Assembly (NCBI RefSeq): GCF_963676685.1
Contig: NC_092355.1
Span: forward strand, 48,360,001 to 48,424,000
Length of the DNA: 64,000 nucleotides
From: Mytilus edulis
Lineage: Eukaryota
Direction: 5' to 3'
The stretch's first letter is position 1; each line of letters starts with the position of its first letter. The notes under the pieces are model-generated. The model had not been told where the DNA came from, did not search any database, and was given only the letters and a program-made list of their open reading frames with translations. Positions 25,401 to 38,993 of this stretch are shown here, piece by piece. The position numbers and the translations under genes are program-made.

Positions 25401-28400
25401 AAGTTTCCTTTTATGAATTCATAGTTTTTTAAATCAGTTGATGAAATGCGAGCCTTTTCCAACGGTTGTTCATTAACTTGAATATTTGCTGTTAGGACTT
25501 TTGATACATCAAAGGAATCCAGAGCCTCACTGAATTCCTTTTTTGTCAACTCTAACTCCTTTTTGGTTTGGCTAAAAGCTGCTAATTGTTTTTGCAAAAA
25601 TTCCTTGTTTGGCTCCCAATGGAAATCTACTTCACTTAACAGCTTTTTGAAATGAATTTGTACAGCATTTTTTATTTGGTTTTCTTGATTGGTTATATTT
25701 TCCTTTATTTCCTTATAATATTTTTGTCCAGTTGACATCTGTTGTTGCAGTCTTTCTTCCTCCTGTGAATAAAATTCTATGTTTGATTCAACTTTATTCT
25801 TATAGCTCTTCATTTTTAATAGTTTTTCTTCATACACTTCACTTATATCGCAAAAGTCATGGTCTTTATGCAATTCCTTTATACATTTAGTACATATTGT
25901 TACGAAACAGTCTTTGCAAAAAACAGAGCATTTTTTACCTGTGTGTAATTGGCAGTGTATTCTCTTTAGATCAGTTTGGTGAATTGCGTTCATTGCAGCT
26001 TCAGTTCCACATTCTTTTATATCGAATACATGATGTTCACTGAGAGTTTTGCTTTTTGAATGAAACTTTGCGTTACAATTGTTGCAAAATAGTAATTCAC
26101 ATTCTATACACTTCCATTTTAGATATGGCGACGCCTCACAAATTTGACACACTGTAAAAGATTGTGCTATGTGTGCAGGTTGAGAATAAGCCATTGTCTT
26201 CAACAAATGTTCAATATACAGGTTGAGAATAAGCTTTTTTCCTCAGTGTACAGGTTGAGAGTAAGCCATTTTCTTCAGTATACAGGTTGAGAGTAAGCCA
26301 TTTTCTTCAGTGACAGCTGTTCAGGTTGAGAATAAGCTGTTATTATACTTCATGCAGTGAATAGATTAAAATTTTGTGACTTGCGCATTGCTTTATCTAA
26401 ACATTATTTATAGTGCATTTTTAAATAACTCATTATCTTTTACTTACCTGACGTAATTATGACTTTGCACTTAAATACTTTAGATATAGGGGGTAGATAA
26501 AATTAAATACTTTAGATATATTTAAATAGACATTTTCTTCCTATGATCTATTGATTTTATATTTTAAAGTTAAAATATGAATAAAAGGAGATATTGGGCA
26601 TTTGACATTGACATATTTTAAATTGCCAAAAATAGAAGACTGAAATTTTGGAATGTTATTATTGTTCTTTTTATATAATGATTTGATTTCTTTTTTTATA
26701 ATGATTTGATTTCTATTTTTATAATGATTTGATTTCTATTTTTTATCAATCTAATTAAAATTAAATCTCTCACTCGCTCATTTTTTAATTAGATTGATTT
26801 TTTATATAATGTTTTGAATCATGTATTCCATCAGTTAGCATCAATTTAAGTATGGTATTATAGTGGCAAATCAAGGGGTTTAGGGGAGAGGGTTTGAAAC
26901 CCTCCATTTTTTTGACAATCAATACTTTAGAATGGTGATTAATGGTTGGAACCCCCTTTTAAAAGGGGCTGAATATGTCCCTGTATTATTACTAGAAAAG
27001 AGAAAAAAATCAGTTAAAGTTTTATTATCTTTAGAGCCAGAGATTAGATCATTACCAAACTAACATTATACGGCAGTTAGTATGACCTGTTTACATACAG
27101 ATATATACCGAAAAAAAGGTGTTTCTTCTTCTATAAATCTAAATAGCTTTGATCATATATATATCCATGGTGCCACTATAACATTTTTATCTATAAATGA
27201 CTAGTAACAATTTATTTATTCATTGGGATAGAGGAACAGAATTTTAGCAATTTATTTTCACAGACCCAAGATATTATCTTTCAAAACCCCCCTTTGTCCA
27301 TTTTAAATACAAATTCTGATTGCCATTTAAAATAAACAATGTCAATGAGTCAATGACACTTTTTCAAAGTATATTTAATAAAACATGTCTGATCTTTATT
27401 TAGAGGTATACATTACAATATGGTTAGTAAATACATCATCTGTACAATAAATAGAATAAAAAGAAATAGGCAATCTTAGATACCAAAGAGATATTCAAAG
27501 TAATGGGTCAAAAAGAAACTGACAATGCCATGGCTAAAAATGGAAAACCACACAAAAGACAATATAGAAAACTTAAGACTGATCTTGAGCAATAGAAACA
27601 CAACCAATAACCTGGGATCATCTAAGGTCTTCAGTAGGGTAAGCAGATCCTACTCCATATGTGACTCTCTTTTTGCTTGTGTGAGTAGAAACCCAGTGAT
27701 AATGATAATTAGAAGGTCACTATCAAAATTAAAACTGTCATTGTAATTTTCAGATTGAACTTTTTAAAGATGAAAGAAGGAAAGAAATGATGCACAATCT
27801 TCATCAGATCAAAGAAGGAAAGAGAAAAAAGCTAAAGGAAGAAATAGAGAGAAAGAAAGAGGCAGGAGAAACAGTCAATGAAACAGATTTAGATGTAGAA
27901 ATAGATATAGACACTATACAGATACCTCCAGTTGCTCTGAAAAATTCTCTAGTACAACTTTATACTGGTTAGTTAATATGTCATTCATTCAATGAGGTTA
28001 CCATTGGCTTGAAGGGGATGGCTACCTTTGATTTAATGCTTATTAAGATTTTTTGTGCATGAAGTATTTACAGCTAACAATTTAATATATTTTTTTCCAA
28101 ATCTGTTGTATTGAACAAGGCTTTCAGTAAAACATCAAGGAAGACTTTTGCTTGAACTTTCTTTATTTCTTAGTTAAACATTAAAACTAATTCTTTGTAT
28201 TACATGTTTCATATTTATCAGATTGTGTTTTATTACCAACTCCTGTACTTGTTCTTCCTTAGCTCCATATTATTTCCAATTTTCTAAATGAGAACATTCT
28301 GCAATGAAAATATTGAGTTGTCTCCCTTTCTACATGTAATTTTTAATTTCAGCAATATAATGTACCATTATGTTGAAATTTTGAATTACATTTTTGAAGT

Positions 28401-30295
28401 ACATGTAACATTATTGTTTTTGTAATTAATATGATGTTAATTAATTTTTGTACTTCATACTGCCCAATTAAGTATACTTTGCCTTAAGAAATATTACAAG
28501 AAAATTGTCTAGATTTGATTTCTATCTCCTTGTAGTGGAGACCTATGCATTAAAAATTAAAAGTTAATTGATGATTCACTTCTGAAAAGATGAGTTTTTT
28601 TTAATCAACTTTCTCTTTGTTTAACTTTGATGAATAAATACATGGTATATGATGGTCTAATAAGTCTTTCATTATTTGTAGAAAGTCCATATAATGAAGC
28701 TTTAGATGAATGTGCCTCTGAATGGAGTTATCCTACCAGTGACAAAGAGACTACGAGATACAAAGTATTTACAGATTTATGGATGAAAGGGCATTATCTA
28801 ACCTCAGGAAGTAAATTTGGTGGAGATTTCTTGGTTTATCCAGGTGAGATTTACTAGATAATTTATAAATTGTGCTCTAAAATTTCTTAACCAAATAAAA
28901 GTACCTCGATAAAAGAAGGTGTGGTATGAGTGCCAATTTGACAACTGTCCATCCTGGTCAGAATTTATAAAAGAAAACCATTATAGGTCAAAATATGGTC
29001 TTACCTTGTCTTGGCTCGCAACACACAGCAAGCTATAAAGGGCCCTACAAATTACTAGTGTAAAACTATTTAAACGGGAAAACATGAATATATGTGGTTC
29101 AAGTTACACAATCAACCCAAGTTAAATCCATGACCCTACATTTTTTTTTCCATTTCTGAGAAATCATTTGTTGAAGATTTTTGTTGAGAAGATTTTTGTT
29201 GTGAAATTTTAATTTCAATTATTAAATTCAGACTTCTGTCATCTGAATTTCCATTAATAGAAATATCTTCTACAGCTAAAATTGTTTAAACTTCTTTTAT
29301 TAATTTTTCTCTAATTATTTGGCAATTTTTATATCGTTTCTAGACACATTGTTTAAAAAAATTTAATCAACATGTGGTTTGCTATGATCTCTAAAGATGA
29401 TAGACTACTTTATAAGGTAACATACCTTTATCAGCTATTTGGATGAATTTAATTGTGCTTACAGGTGTTATAAAAGAGAAATCAAGGATTTGTATAGGGA
29501 CTATACTATACAAATCCTTGCTAAAATAGACAACTTTGTATTCATATTGGGAAGAATTGAATAATGAGAAATGCACTTTAAGGGGATTTTCTTTTATCAA
29601 AAATGAAAAGTTACCTGGTATTTGATAATCATTTTAGAAACAGAATCTTAGATAGTTTCTCAAGAATTATAGGAATTATCCAATCATTTTCTTAAGTCCT
29701 GCCCATGGTCTCACTTTAAAATTGTTAATTTAGCTATTTTATCTGTAAATTCCCATAACCTACTGGTACCAAATGATGTAATCGACTTTGTTTAAAAACA
29801 AGCCTTGTATTTCTAGATCTGGCATGCAAGCTTGTTCTGCATGTCAACAAGTTTTGTAGTATCATGCTTTGCTGGCAGGGAATGTGTATATTGATCAATT
29901 TCACATGGGGAAGATGTTTAAGGAATAGCTTATTTCTTCTTTTTATGCATTAGATCTATACTGTTGAAAGAAAGACAACTCTTAATTTGTTTGAGGAGGT
30001 GTCTATTTTAAAATTTAAATACTTTTGCTAGAATATTATAATTAATTAATATTATAGTATGTGAGTTCTCACTTTGGATGTCATCAATACATACTTGTTC
30101 TTTGTAGGAGATCCTGCCAAATTCCATTCATTTTACATAGCTGTGTGTCGGCCATACAAACAACAGATATCCATGTCAGACTTTATATCATTGGCAAGAA
30201 TGGGATCGAATGTTCGTAAAACTGTGATATTGTGTTCTGTTGATGACAATGATCAGGTTGTTTACACCTCGATACAATGGACAGGAATAGCTTAA
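16463..30295 (+). CDS. TSEN34: tRNA-splicing endonuclease subunit Sen34, 289 aa; exons 16463-16529, 21409-21546, 22598-22698, 27754-27967, 28682-28843, 30108-30295
   Basis: All introns GT-AG with consistent phases (870 nt). Motifs VFVWSAKD, LREEWRIVGSLVGCLPRLPRQNNQLGLPLQLLPEE, VFTDLWMKGHYLTSGSKFGGDFLVYPGDPAKFHS, ARMGSNVRK (catalytic Tyr/His/Lys). Confidence 0.95.
16933..17014. mobile_element. 82-bp miniature TIR element (TAGCTGCGGAA termini, 9-bp TSD)
   Basis: TSD ccactatat at 16924-16932 and 17015-17023; sibling at 42673-42777. Confidence 0.8.
17680..18812. mobile_element. 1.1-kb non-autonomous TIR element (CAGGGGTTAAAA), copy 1
   Basis: TIR caggggttaaaa/ttttaacccctg; flanking aaggat duplicated (6 bp); highly similar to 30522-31614. 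Confidence 0.9.
18854..20631. mobile_element. Non-autonomous TIR element (CAGGGATGATTCCA), 5-bp TSD, with a nested insertion
   Basis: cagggatgattcca ... tggaatcatccctg; gattg on both flanks. Confidence 0.85.
19158..19795. mobile_element. Nested TA-flanked MITE filled with palindromic ataagatatcttat repeats
   Basis: tatggcaagccgtttagctattta ... taaatagcaaaacggcttgccata inverted termini. Confidence 0.8.
21687..22058. mobile_element. MITE (CAGTGATTTT termini, 5-bp TSD tattc)
   Basis: tattc|cagtgatttt ... aaaatcactg|tattc. Confidence 0.75.
22921..23552 (+). mobile_element. Non-autonomous Helentron/HINE-like element with three internal tandem repeats of about 170 bp
   Basis: T-rich flanks, 5' hairpin, (gtcc)n-like microsatellite, repeated ttcaggttaaagtttttggtcaaggtag units, 3' hairpin gtgtac-ttt-ggacac before cttgtttt. 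Confidence 0.65.
24557..26194 (-). pseudogene. Intronless RING-less TRIM-like gene (B-box1, B-box2, coiled coil, NHL/beta-propeller) with an in-frame TAA; nested antisense in TSEN34 intron 3
   Basis: CQIC..WKCIECELLFCNNCNAKFH..H and CQLHTGKKCSVFCKDCFVTICTKCIKELHKDH B-boxes; both ORFs are in one frame separated by TAA at 25300-25298; NHL-like repeats FTRPIRIKTDSEKNIYIVD and PRDVEITSTGSILVSDGTNHAIH. Confidence 0.8.
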
Positions 30296-30521
30296 CAGGG
30301 TAATGTACCTGCTGGTTTATAGATGTATTCTCTGTTAGCAAATAGGCAAGCAATACATGGATACATTGGATAATGCTGTGAAGTTAGGGACAGAGAGAGA
30401 GAGAGATGTGTACAATTGGAAAATGTAGATTGAAAATATAAGAATAGAAGGAAATATCTAAATTGTTTTTAAAGTTTAATGCATGACAATTGTGTCAGGC
30501 TGTTGATTCTTCTTAAATATT

Positions 30522-31614
30522 CAGGGGTTAAAATTTTTTGTTACAGCTAACTAGCCCAGGACTTATTGGCAGCAGGATTTTACTAGCTCTGTTGGAAGAA
30601 CTGCTAGTCCATCAAAACTGACCTGCTAGCCCTAGCATGCCTTAAAAATCAAGAGTTTGCTGCAAAATACAAAGTGGGTGTCCTTTGTTTTGTTTTGAAG
30701 GAGACATTATACACTGTATTTAATAATTTTTGTTGATCTGTTATTTATTCTTTTGGTGCTTAACCTAACTTATTTGTCCCCATATTTTTTGCGTGTTTGG
30801 GGCAACTAACGGTAATATTGATTCACAGAGCATTGTCTGTTTTTTTTTTCATCAGCAACAGCCAACCTTGCCAGGGGAATCATTGTGTCCCAGTTCTGCC
30901 AATTTTTCAGGAAGTGAATTCGTGATTTTTTGGCCAAATTGTAAAGATCAAAGAGAAAAAACAATAGTTTAAAGACTAAAGACTTGGCAGCCCTTCTGTC
31001 CTGGACACTATTAATTTTTTTCCGCGGCTTTTCCATGTCGTATTTAGCATTTTTGAGGGGTGAATTTTCAGCCTCGTTACTCCTTTCATCTACCGTTTTT
31101 CGTTTTGAAACTGACGAAGTTCCTGGGGTTCCCGTACTAAAATATTAAGAAATATTTTGTTGCATGGTTTCGTGCTCAAGAGTTGTGCAACAAGACAGGT
31201 CAATACCAATCAATACATCATACCCCCAAATACCGTTAATTGAAAATCTCGGCACGATAAGCAATGTACAATAACCCAAGCCATGATATGAGAAATCGAT
31301 ATTTAAAGTACGAGAATTGCGATCAACACATGATACTAGACAACCTAGACATGCCAGAGTTATTTGTTCTATTTTTAAAATATGTACAACAGGACCTGTA
31401 CAAACCAGTTCTAATTCTTGGAATCCCAGATGATTTGATTGAATCGAATTGGCTAACATAGAATAGTGATGAAGGGATTTTTCACTTTCTATTTTGGAAA
31501 CGTCAAGAATTTTTTCTTACTAGTCCGTCGGGCATATCGGATTACACATTTTAATTGCCCGAGGCGTAAATTATCTAGTCCCGGGCGTCGGGCTAGTGGA
31601 TTTTTTAACCCCTG
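30522..31614. mobile_element. 1.1-kb non-autonomous TIR element (CAGGGGTTAAAA), copy 2, just 3' of the TSEN34 stop
   Basis: Same TIR and body as 17680-18812; atatt duplicated (5 bp). Confidence 0.9.
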
Positions 31615-32142
31615 ATATTATTAATTTTGAGAAAGTGTCAAAGTGAGTTTATATTGCCTATTTGTTTTTACACACACTAAGTTTGAAATATTCTATACAT
31701 ACTCTGTGCCATCCTCTATGAGTATAAAAAAAAATAAGGAGATGTGGTATTGATTTCAATGAGACAACTGTCAATTAAAACATAAGGACAAAGATGTAAA
31801 CATTTACTGTTACAGGTGACCATACAGACTTCAACAATGAGCAAATAGATATAAGAAGATGTGGTATGAGTGCCAATGAGACAACTCTTCATAATAGTTA
31901 CAAGTAGTAAAAATTTAACCATCATAGGTCTAAGTATTGCCTTCAACAGCAAGCTTTAAAACCCATAAAGAATAGAAAACTGTAAAAGGTAAGTTGGGAA
32001 ACAGTTTAAATATGAAAACCAATGGCCTGATATATAATCAAATTTATAACAAACAATGCAAAACAAATATGGCAGACAGCAACCAACAACAACTGGATTA
32101 CAGGCTCCTTTCTTGGGACAGACATATAGAGAATGATGTGGT

Positions 32143-32926
32143 TTTTTGTTGAGCCTGCAACTTTTCTCGCCAAAAGCTTGACATATGGATAGTGATCCGG
32201 AAGTGGTGGCGGCGGTGACGTCCTTAGCTAACTCCTTTTAAAAGCTTTATATTTTAGAAGGTGGAAGACCTGGATGCTTCATTCTTTGTATATGGATGCT
32301 TCATGTAACGAAGTTTCCATCAGTCACATGTCCAATGTCCTTGACCTCATTTTCATGGTTCAGTGACTACTTGAAAAAAAAGTTAAGATTTTTTGTAATG
32401 TTAAATTCTCTTTTATTATAAGTAATAGGATAACTATATTTGGTATGTGCATACCATGCAAGGTCCTCATGCCCGTCAGACAGTTTTCACTTGACCTCGA
32501 CCTCATTTCATGGATCACTGAACAAGGTTAAGTTTTGGTGGTCTCAGATACTTTAAGCAACAGGTCAAGTATATTCGGTGTATGGAAGGACTGTAAGGTG
32601 CCCAACTGGCAGGTGTCATCTGACCTTGACCTCATTTTCATGGTTCAGTTATAGTTAAGTGTTTGTGTTTTGGTGTGTTTTTCTTATACTGTATGCAATA
32701 GGTCAACTATATTTGTTGTATTGAAGAATTGTTAGCTGTACATGCCTGCCTGGTGTGGTTCATCTGACCTTGACCTCCTTTTCATGGTTCATTGGTCAAT
32801 GTTTAGTTTTCTTGGTTAATGTGAAGTTTATGTGACAGTTGTAATAAAGCTTTATATTTTGGACTATCAACATAATATCAATGATAAGTAAAGAAGGCGA
32901 GACATTTCAGTGTGTGCACTCTTGTT
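32143..32926 (+). mobile_element. Helentron/HINE-like repeat with internal tgaccttgacctcattttcatggttca repeats; degenerate relative at about 53430-54650
   Basis: Subterminal inverted repeat tctcgcc/ggcgaga, terminal hairpin agtgtgtgcact before cttgtt. Confidence 0.55.
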
Positions 32927-35900
32927 ACATGAATGTAAACAATAACCTGTCTTCTAACCTTTGACAGTGAGGTTACAAACCAACTTATTTCAACTGTTGT
33001 AATCAGCTTGAAGGATCTCATCTCATCAAATCAACACCAAGCATGAAAAAACAAATAACAAAAAGTACAGATCTAAGAGTACTAACAATAGTGAAAGTTA
33101 TTCAAGGCCCAATTTGACCTAAAATATAAACAGTCTAGTCTTAGCCTAAAATGTCTATCAGAACACCTCGATCAAATATAGTCAGTGTAAAGGCTTCTAA
33201 TCCAATTTGAATGAGAAAATGACAAAATATGTACTTGTACTGACAGGATATAGGACTGCAAGTGTTTATACATGTAGTAATATCTGTGTTAATTTATACC
33301 TATATTAAAACTAAAATTAATCATACCAAAAATAATAATTTCTTTCTGAAATCAAATTCGGGAAGCAAAAGCAATAAATAAGAATGTGTTGAACTAGGTT
33401 GTGTTTTGAATAGCTGTTTCTTTTTCATTACATTATATAGTAAATGTTTGCATCAATTGTGTTTTGTTAACCCATTCATTCATCTTCTTGCTCTTATACA
33501 TAACCGTAGTCAAAATACAACAGATAAATCCATGGTTAACTAGCTAACTAAGTACCACAGTATATATTTTCTCCCGATTATTGATAACATTGTAGTGATG
33601 AACCTGAATAACTTATTAGCTTATATTCACTTCATTTGAACTTTGGTGGATAGATGTCTCATTGGTAATTATACCAGATCTTCTCATTTTCATAATAATA
33701 GCCAGTCATTTTTATAAGTCCAAAAAGCTATAGGTTCTACTTTTCAAGTGTCAGCTAGCATAGTTCATGTAATGATTTTTTGCTTGAAAACAATTTTGAT
33801 AGAACATTTGTTTTCATTTAATTTTTACCTCAATGTGCACCTTCTTCCATATCTTATTGTTAATTACCAGATTTAAAATTTGATGGTCTATAATTTCTTC
33901 TTTTTTTGACAAGAAAAAAAGAGCTGGACATTTTGTTTTGTTTATTGTATTGGTTAACTTAATAGTCATGTTGTTTCCAGTTATTTTGTTTTTGATCTCA
34001 AGGATGTATGTTCCAATTCCAAATCGACTTTTAGTCATTAATTAAAGGCACAACCTTTTCAATCTGATTCCACAGATTGTGCAGTTTCTTGTTTGTTTAT
34101 GTCAGAGGTAGATATGGTAGGTTGCTGATATTTAGTAATTTCATATGCAGTACATGTATGTAATGTAATTTTGTATGCTGTTACAAGTAGATCAGATTTT
34201 TTCTACTAAACATTGTGAGAACTAGTCATGCTTCTATCAATTTGGAGTAATCAGGTTGTTTAATGTTATTTTTTCAGATAAAGGGAGTTTAAAAGTATAT
34301 TGTATGTAAAGTCTATTTGTTTTACATGATCATACATGCAGTAATATGGTAGTCCATCAATTATCTGTTTTGTATGTGCTTTATTTTGCCCCAGTGCCTT
34401 TTTTATGGATAGTAAAACTTTGGTTCTCGGGATGTACTAGTGTATTTTCCATCATGTATTAGAATGTAAAAAATCAAAGGTAAAATTTTACTTCTTGTGG
34501 CTTAACCATTCTGCTGATAGGTAAAAAGTTCTAACACTTTGTATTTCAAGATGAATACCGGGGTATCTGTAATCTGTATTCACCTTGTAGATTTGCTTTT
34601 TAGATCATGTAGATATTGCATGACTATTTTTGGCTGCCATAGACATAAATTTCTATACCCAGTTGCAACATGGCTGCCAAAGACTAAAATGGTTGCATGT
34701 CAATGGCAAAATGGAACACTTTTACATAAACATACTTATATGTATATCTTATTATCTATATAATCAAAACAAGGTGTAAATAAAATAATTTTATTCAGTA
34801 ACAAGAGATTCAAGGAACACAATCTATGGTGGATATCATTTTGAACACATTTGTGGCAGATATTATTTATGAACACATGTCTGGTCATTATAAATTGAAC
34901 ACATTGGTGTTCCCGTCATTAAATAATAGCTTACTCACTTAATCTGCGGACACATACACAACTACTCCATCAGATACATTTCCATCTTTTTTACACATGC
35001 ACACTACTATATATACACTCAATTTATTGATTCACTCATGCAATCCAATGACGGTATCATTCATGTTTTCTCTTTCACAATTTCATATTTCTGAAACACA
35101 TTCTATACCCCTCTTGATTTCTGTCATAGTGATGAGCACTATAATTTTTCACAACCCTGTAATTTCATTTAATTTCTGAATATCTTCTCCAAAAAATCAA
35201 CAAGTCATATAAAAATGCCCTTTCTGATTGTTGATTTTAATGAATGTATATTCTGTTGTCAGCTTTTTCAAATATCAAAATTTTTAATTTTCCAATTTGG
35301 AGAATACCTCTGATTAGTACGTTCTTTTCAAATCTATTCTTTAATACATGTACATCAAAATCTGTTATCTCTATATATGTAATCTACTCTTGCATCAAGT
35401 CATTTCTCCTTCTCATTCATACAATACATTCAAATAAAAGTGAAATAAAAAATAACAAATAAAAATAATATGAAAAAAACATTGTATAAAATATTTACTA
35501 GAACAAAGTTTGCAATACATGCAAATGTAAAAATAAGTGTATAAAAATTAGAAACATAAAAAGTTTACATATATTGTGCATACATGCATATTTTCTTAAT
35601 TTCCCTTTTTGCCTGATTTATGATATATATGTTAATAATATATATCAGACAACATATCTAAGCTTTAATGCTACTATCTTTTAAATTTCTATAAGAAAAA
35701 TTGACTTAATAAGTCTTTAAAGCACAATTGAATTGCCAAAAGTTTTGGTCATTGTGAAAGTATTAAATAGCATAGAAAGAAAAAAAACTTTTAAAGTGAT
35801 TATTCTAAAAATCATTGACTAGAAATAAATATCTAAAAATGTGTGCTTTTTAAAGGCTCTTTCAATTCACCGGCTAGCCCATCTTGGACTTTTTGTTGCT

Positions 35901-36161
35901 GAATCTTGTCAGCTCATCAAAGAGCTATTCCTCCATATGTGCCCATCATGGAAAATGGCCAACCTTTTTTTCCCCAGCTGCTCAATAGCAAACTGATTTT
36001 CTATCACAAAGTCATCTCCAGTGTAAAGGGAAATAACTTCATTTTCTCTTGGTCTCCTAATTGGAGACAACTCTACCTGGCCATTCCTTCAGCTAACTCC
36101 ACAGCATTGCTTGCTGGGATATATTGCACTTTTAACCTGCAACCAAGAGTTGCCTTATGAG

Positions 36162-38993
36162 CTACAGTCTTCTTAGATTCTTTTTACTCTTTTTACCTCC
36201 TATAGACGTGGTCTTTGCCTTCTTAGGTGACATTGGTACACACGGTTTTGAGCCATGAAAATTGTAAAAGCATTTGGTACAAAAGTCAAACAAACAATCC
36301 ATGTTTTGACACTGTCCTCTTTCCTGGACCGGTAATACTTTGGACACTTTGGAACATTTCGGACACTTTCTTAATTTTTCATCATTCTTCAGAGAACTGG
36401 CAGCCTGCAAATAAAAGACACTATGAAAAGCAAGAAAACTATTTTATATTCATAATGAATTTGTAGGAATACCATAACTGAATATCAATGTATAAATATT
36501 TGATATACATGTATGTTTCTTTTTTTATCATTCTGTGCTAAACTGTTTTATGTCAGCTTTAAATGCAAAGAACATTAATTTTATACTTTGTTTTTATAAT
36601 TTGAATTTCTTGACTAATCACAACCTTTCACAATTTTTGATACCTTTTCTAACATTTAGAAAAGCTGATGTACATTAATTTGAAGAAGAACTTAGCTGAT
36701 TTATCTTTGTGCAAAATTTTTGGAACAATTTTCTGGCAACAACTTTTCAATATCCCATGGCCAGCACCCCTGTGTATGTTGACATTTACAAAATGTCTGT
36801 CTTGACTTTTGGGTTGTGGTCTTGGGTTGCTGTCTCAATGACATATTCCACATTTTTTTTAAAATATATACATTTTGATTTATAATCCTTATTTAACATA
36901 CCTTTTGAAATAGATTAACTTTAATAGAACATGGAGTCAGTTGTTTGGTTAGTTTTCCTACAAGCTGTAGTGGTGCCAATGTGGTCTGACTATTCGTTAA
37001 CCCTCGGAACTGCTTTGGTGGAGATCTTTTTCCTGCATTCTCCTAAAATCAACAAAAGAAATGGTAAATTTGTTTGAAAATGAAGTTTCCCTGAAACAGA
37101 CCTATGTCCATCATTATTATTAAGAAAATGTATTGTCTGAAAGGTAATCATGGTAATGGGTACAAATGCTTAGAAGATTTCTAAAAGCAACAAAATAAAA
37201 TAAAATATACAAGGTCACAACCATATGTATGGATTGCTTTATTAAAAAAACAAATGAAACTTTCATTGGTAGGAGAAAAAAATGGGTCATCTGTTAATAT
37301 TAAACAAAATGAAATCTGAATGCGCAGAAGTACATGTAAGTAAATGTGTTCCAAACCATTTTACTTGCCATCAAACATCATGGCATATCTATAGTGTGGC
37401 CACATTTTGTTTGTATTTTGAATTGCTTCATCATTATCAGTTTTTTTTTAAACTCATTATAGAAATATTTTCTCTTTGAGTGTGAGACTGAATTTGAAAG
37501 AAAAAAAGAACTTTTAATTTGCATTATAAAAGGATAATATTGTTTTTTGTTGCTTCTCTTCTTTACAATATGATCTTAACATGCTTTATAAAGCTTGTTT
37601 TACAACATCCTATCAAAATGTATTTGTTTTCCATAATTAAAATATAGTGCAGTTTACAAAATCTTATCATTATTGAAGGGATTTTACCTTGCCAATGATC
37701 AGTCTGTCTGTGATGGATCTCTTTCTTTTCCGACTGACTGGATCACCATTACATACTGTCTGCCATCTTCTGCTCACCTCACACATACTGAAAAGGGATA
37801 TGGCCATTAGATCAGCTGTATATATATGTATACAATTAAAGATATACTAGTATTACTACAACATTTTTTTAGGGGTCTATGTACACATATACATGTACGT
37901 TTAGACACAGATTACACTCTTATATTTAACAATCATTGTGCATGTATATTACATGTACTTCACTTGTACATGTTGTAACTACATAATTCACAAAGATGTT
38001 AAAAGCACTTTTAGCCATTTCCATAATTTTCTCTCTTGACAAAGTGTTTTTACAAAAGAATTTATTTTCTTCAGTTTTATGTATATATTCATATTTGTCA
38101 ACCAGTGTCTTTTTTTTAATGTTGAGATGAGTTTTCTACAGTTTTCTTGTTGTTGAAAAATTTCATATAACTTTCATAACTTGATGAAGTATATTTTATG
38201 GCCTAATCATGCTAATAAAAGAAAATGTATTACTAGCTCATGACCAATAGTTAGATGTATACCTGCATAAATCTTTTGGATCTAAGTACTGAAGTATTGC
38301 AGAACAACTTATGTTTCTATCCGCTAGTTCTGAGATGATGTCCACATGATCAAGGCCCATCTTCCTTCCAATCACTTTTTCAGGATATATGGGTGAAAAT
38401 TTAAGCATAACTTCATCAAATCTTTCCACTAAACTTGAAGTGTAATCGTCTGTACCAAGTTCCATGGGACAAGGTTCAAGGTCGAGGTTTAAACTGTAGG
38501 ATGGAATGCTAACGGACTGCCTCTTACTTCTTTTACTTTCCCTGATGTCATCACAATCGTCTATTGAGTCAGCGAAAAATGTGGAACCTGGTGTTTCAAA
38601 GAAACGATTGACTTTGACATTAAAAGCACATGTGTAACTATCATCCAAACCACTATCACCTCTGTACTTGTACATATCATTAAAGTTTGTAACAGGAGTA
38701 CATTTATCATTTCTACAAACTGTACTTGGAGTACTCATACACATTGTTTCGTCACCACAGCATGAGTCTGTGAAGGATTCATCAAATCCTGAATCATTGA
38801 CTTGACCTGTTGACATTGATCTTGTGACCTTGGGCGTCTTCTGGTCAACCATCTCTCGTGTTAGAATTGGAGTAGATGTGCTGACAGACCTCATCTTTGC
38901 TGGATTGAAAGGTTCCATACATGTATCTGAACGGAAATCTGTTGACATGAGCGGTCTCAGGAATGGTAACGGTCTGTGTAACAGGTCATCCAT
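36162..38993 (-). CDS. FBXO5: Emi1/Emi2 (Rca1)-family APC/C inhibitor, F-box only protein 5/43, 404 aa; coding exons 38993-38263, 37787-37688, 37042-36902, 36404-36162
   Basis: Consistent GT-AG phases (2,0,0); DSGFDES and DSGLDDS degron-like motifs; IGRKMGLDHVDIISEL plus F-box; zinc-binding region CPKC..CQNMDCLFDFCTKCFYNFHGSKPC; C-terminal KKSKKNLRRL tail. Likely the single pro-orthologue of FBXO5 and FBXO43. Confidence 0.95.
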
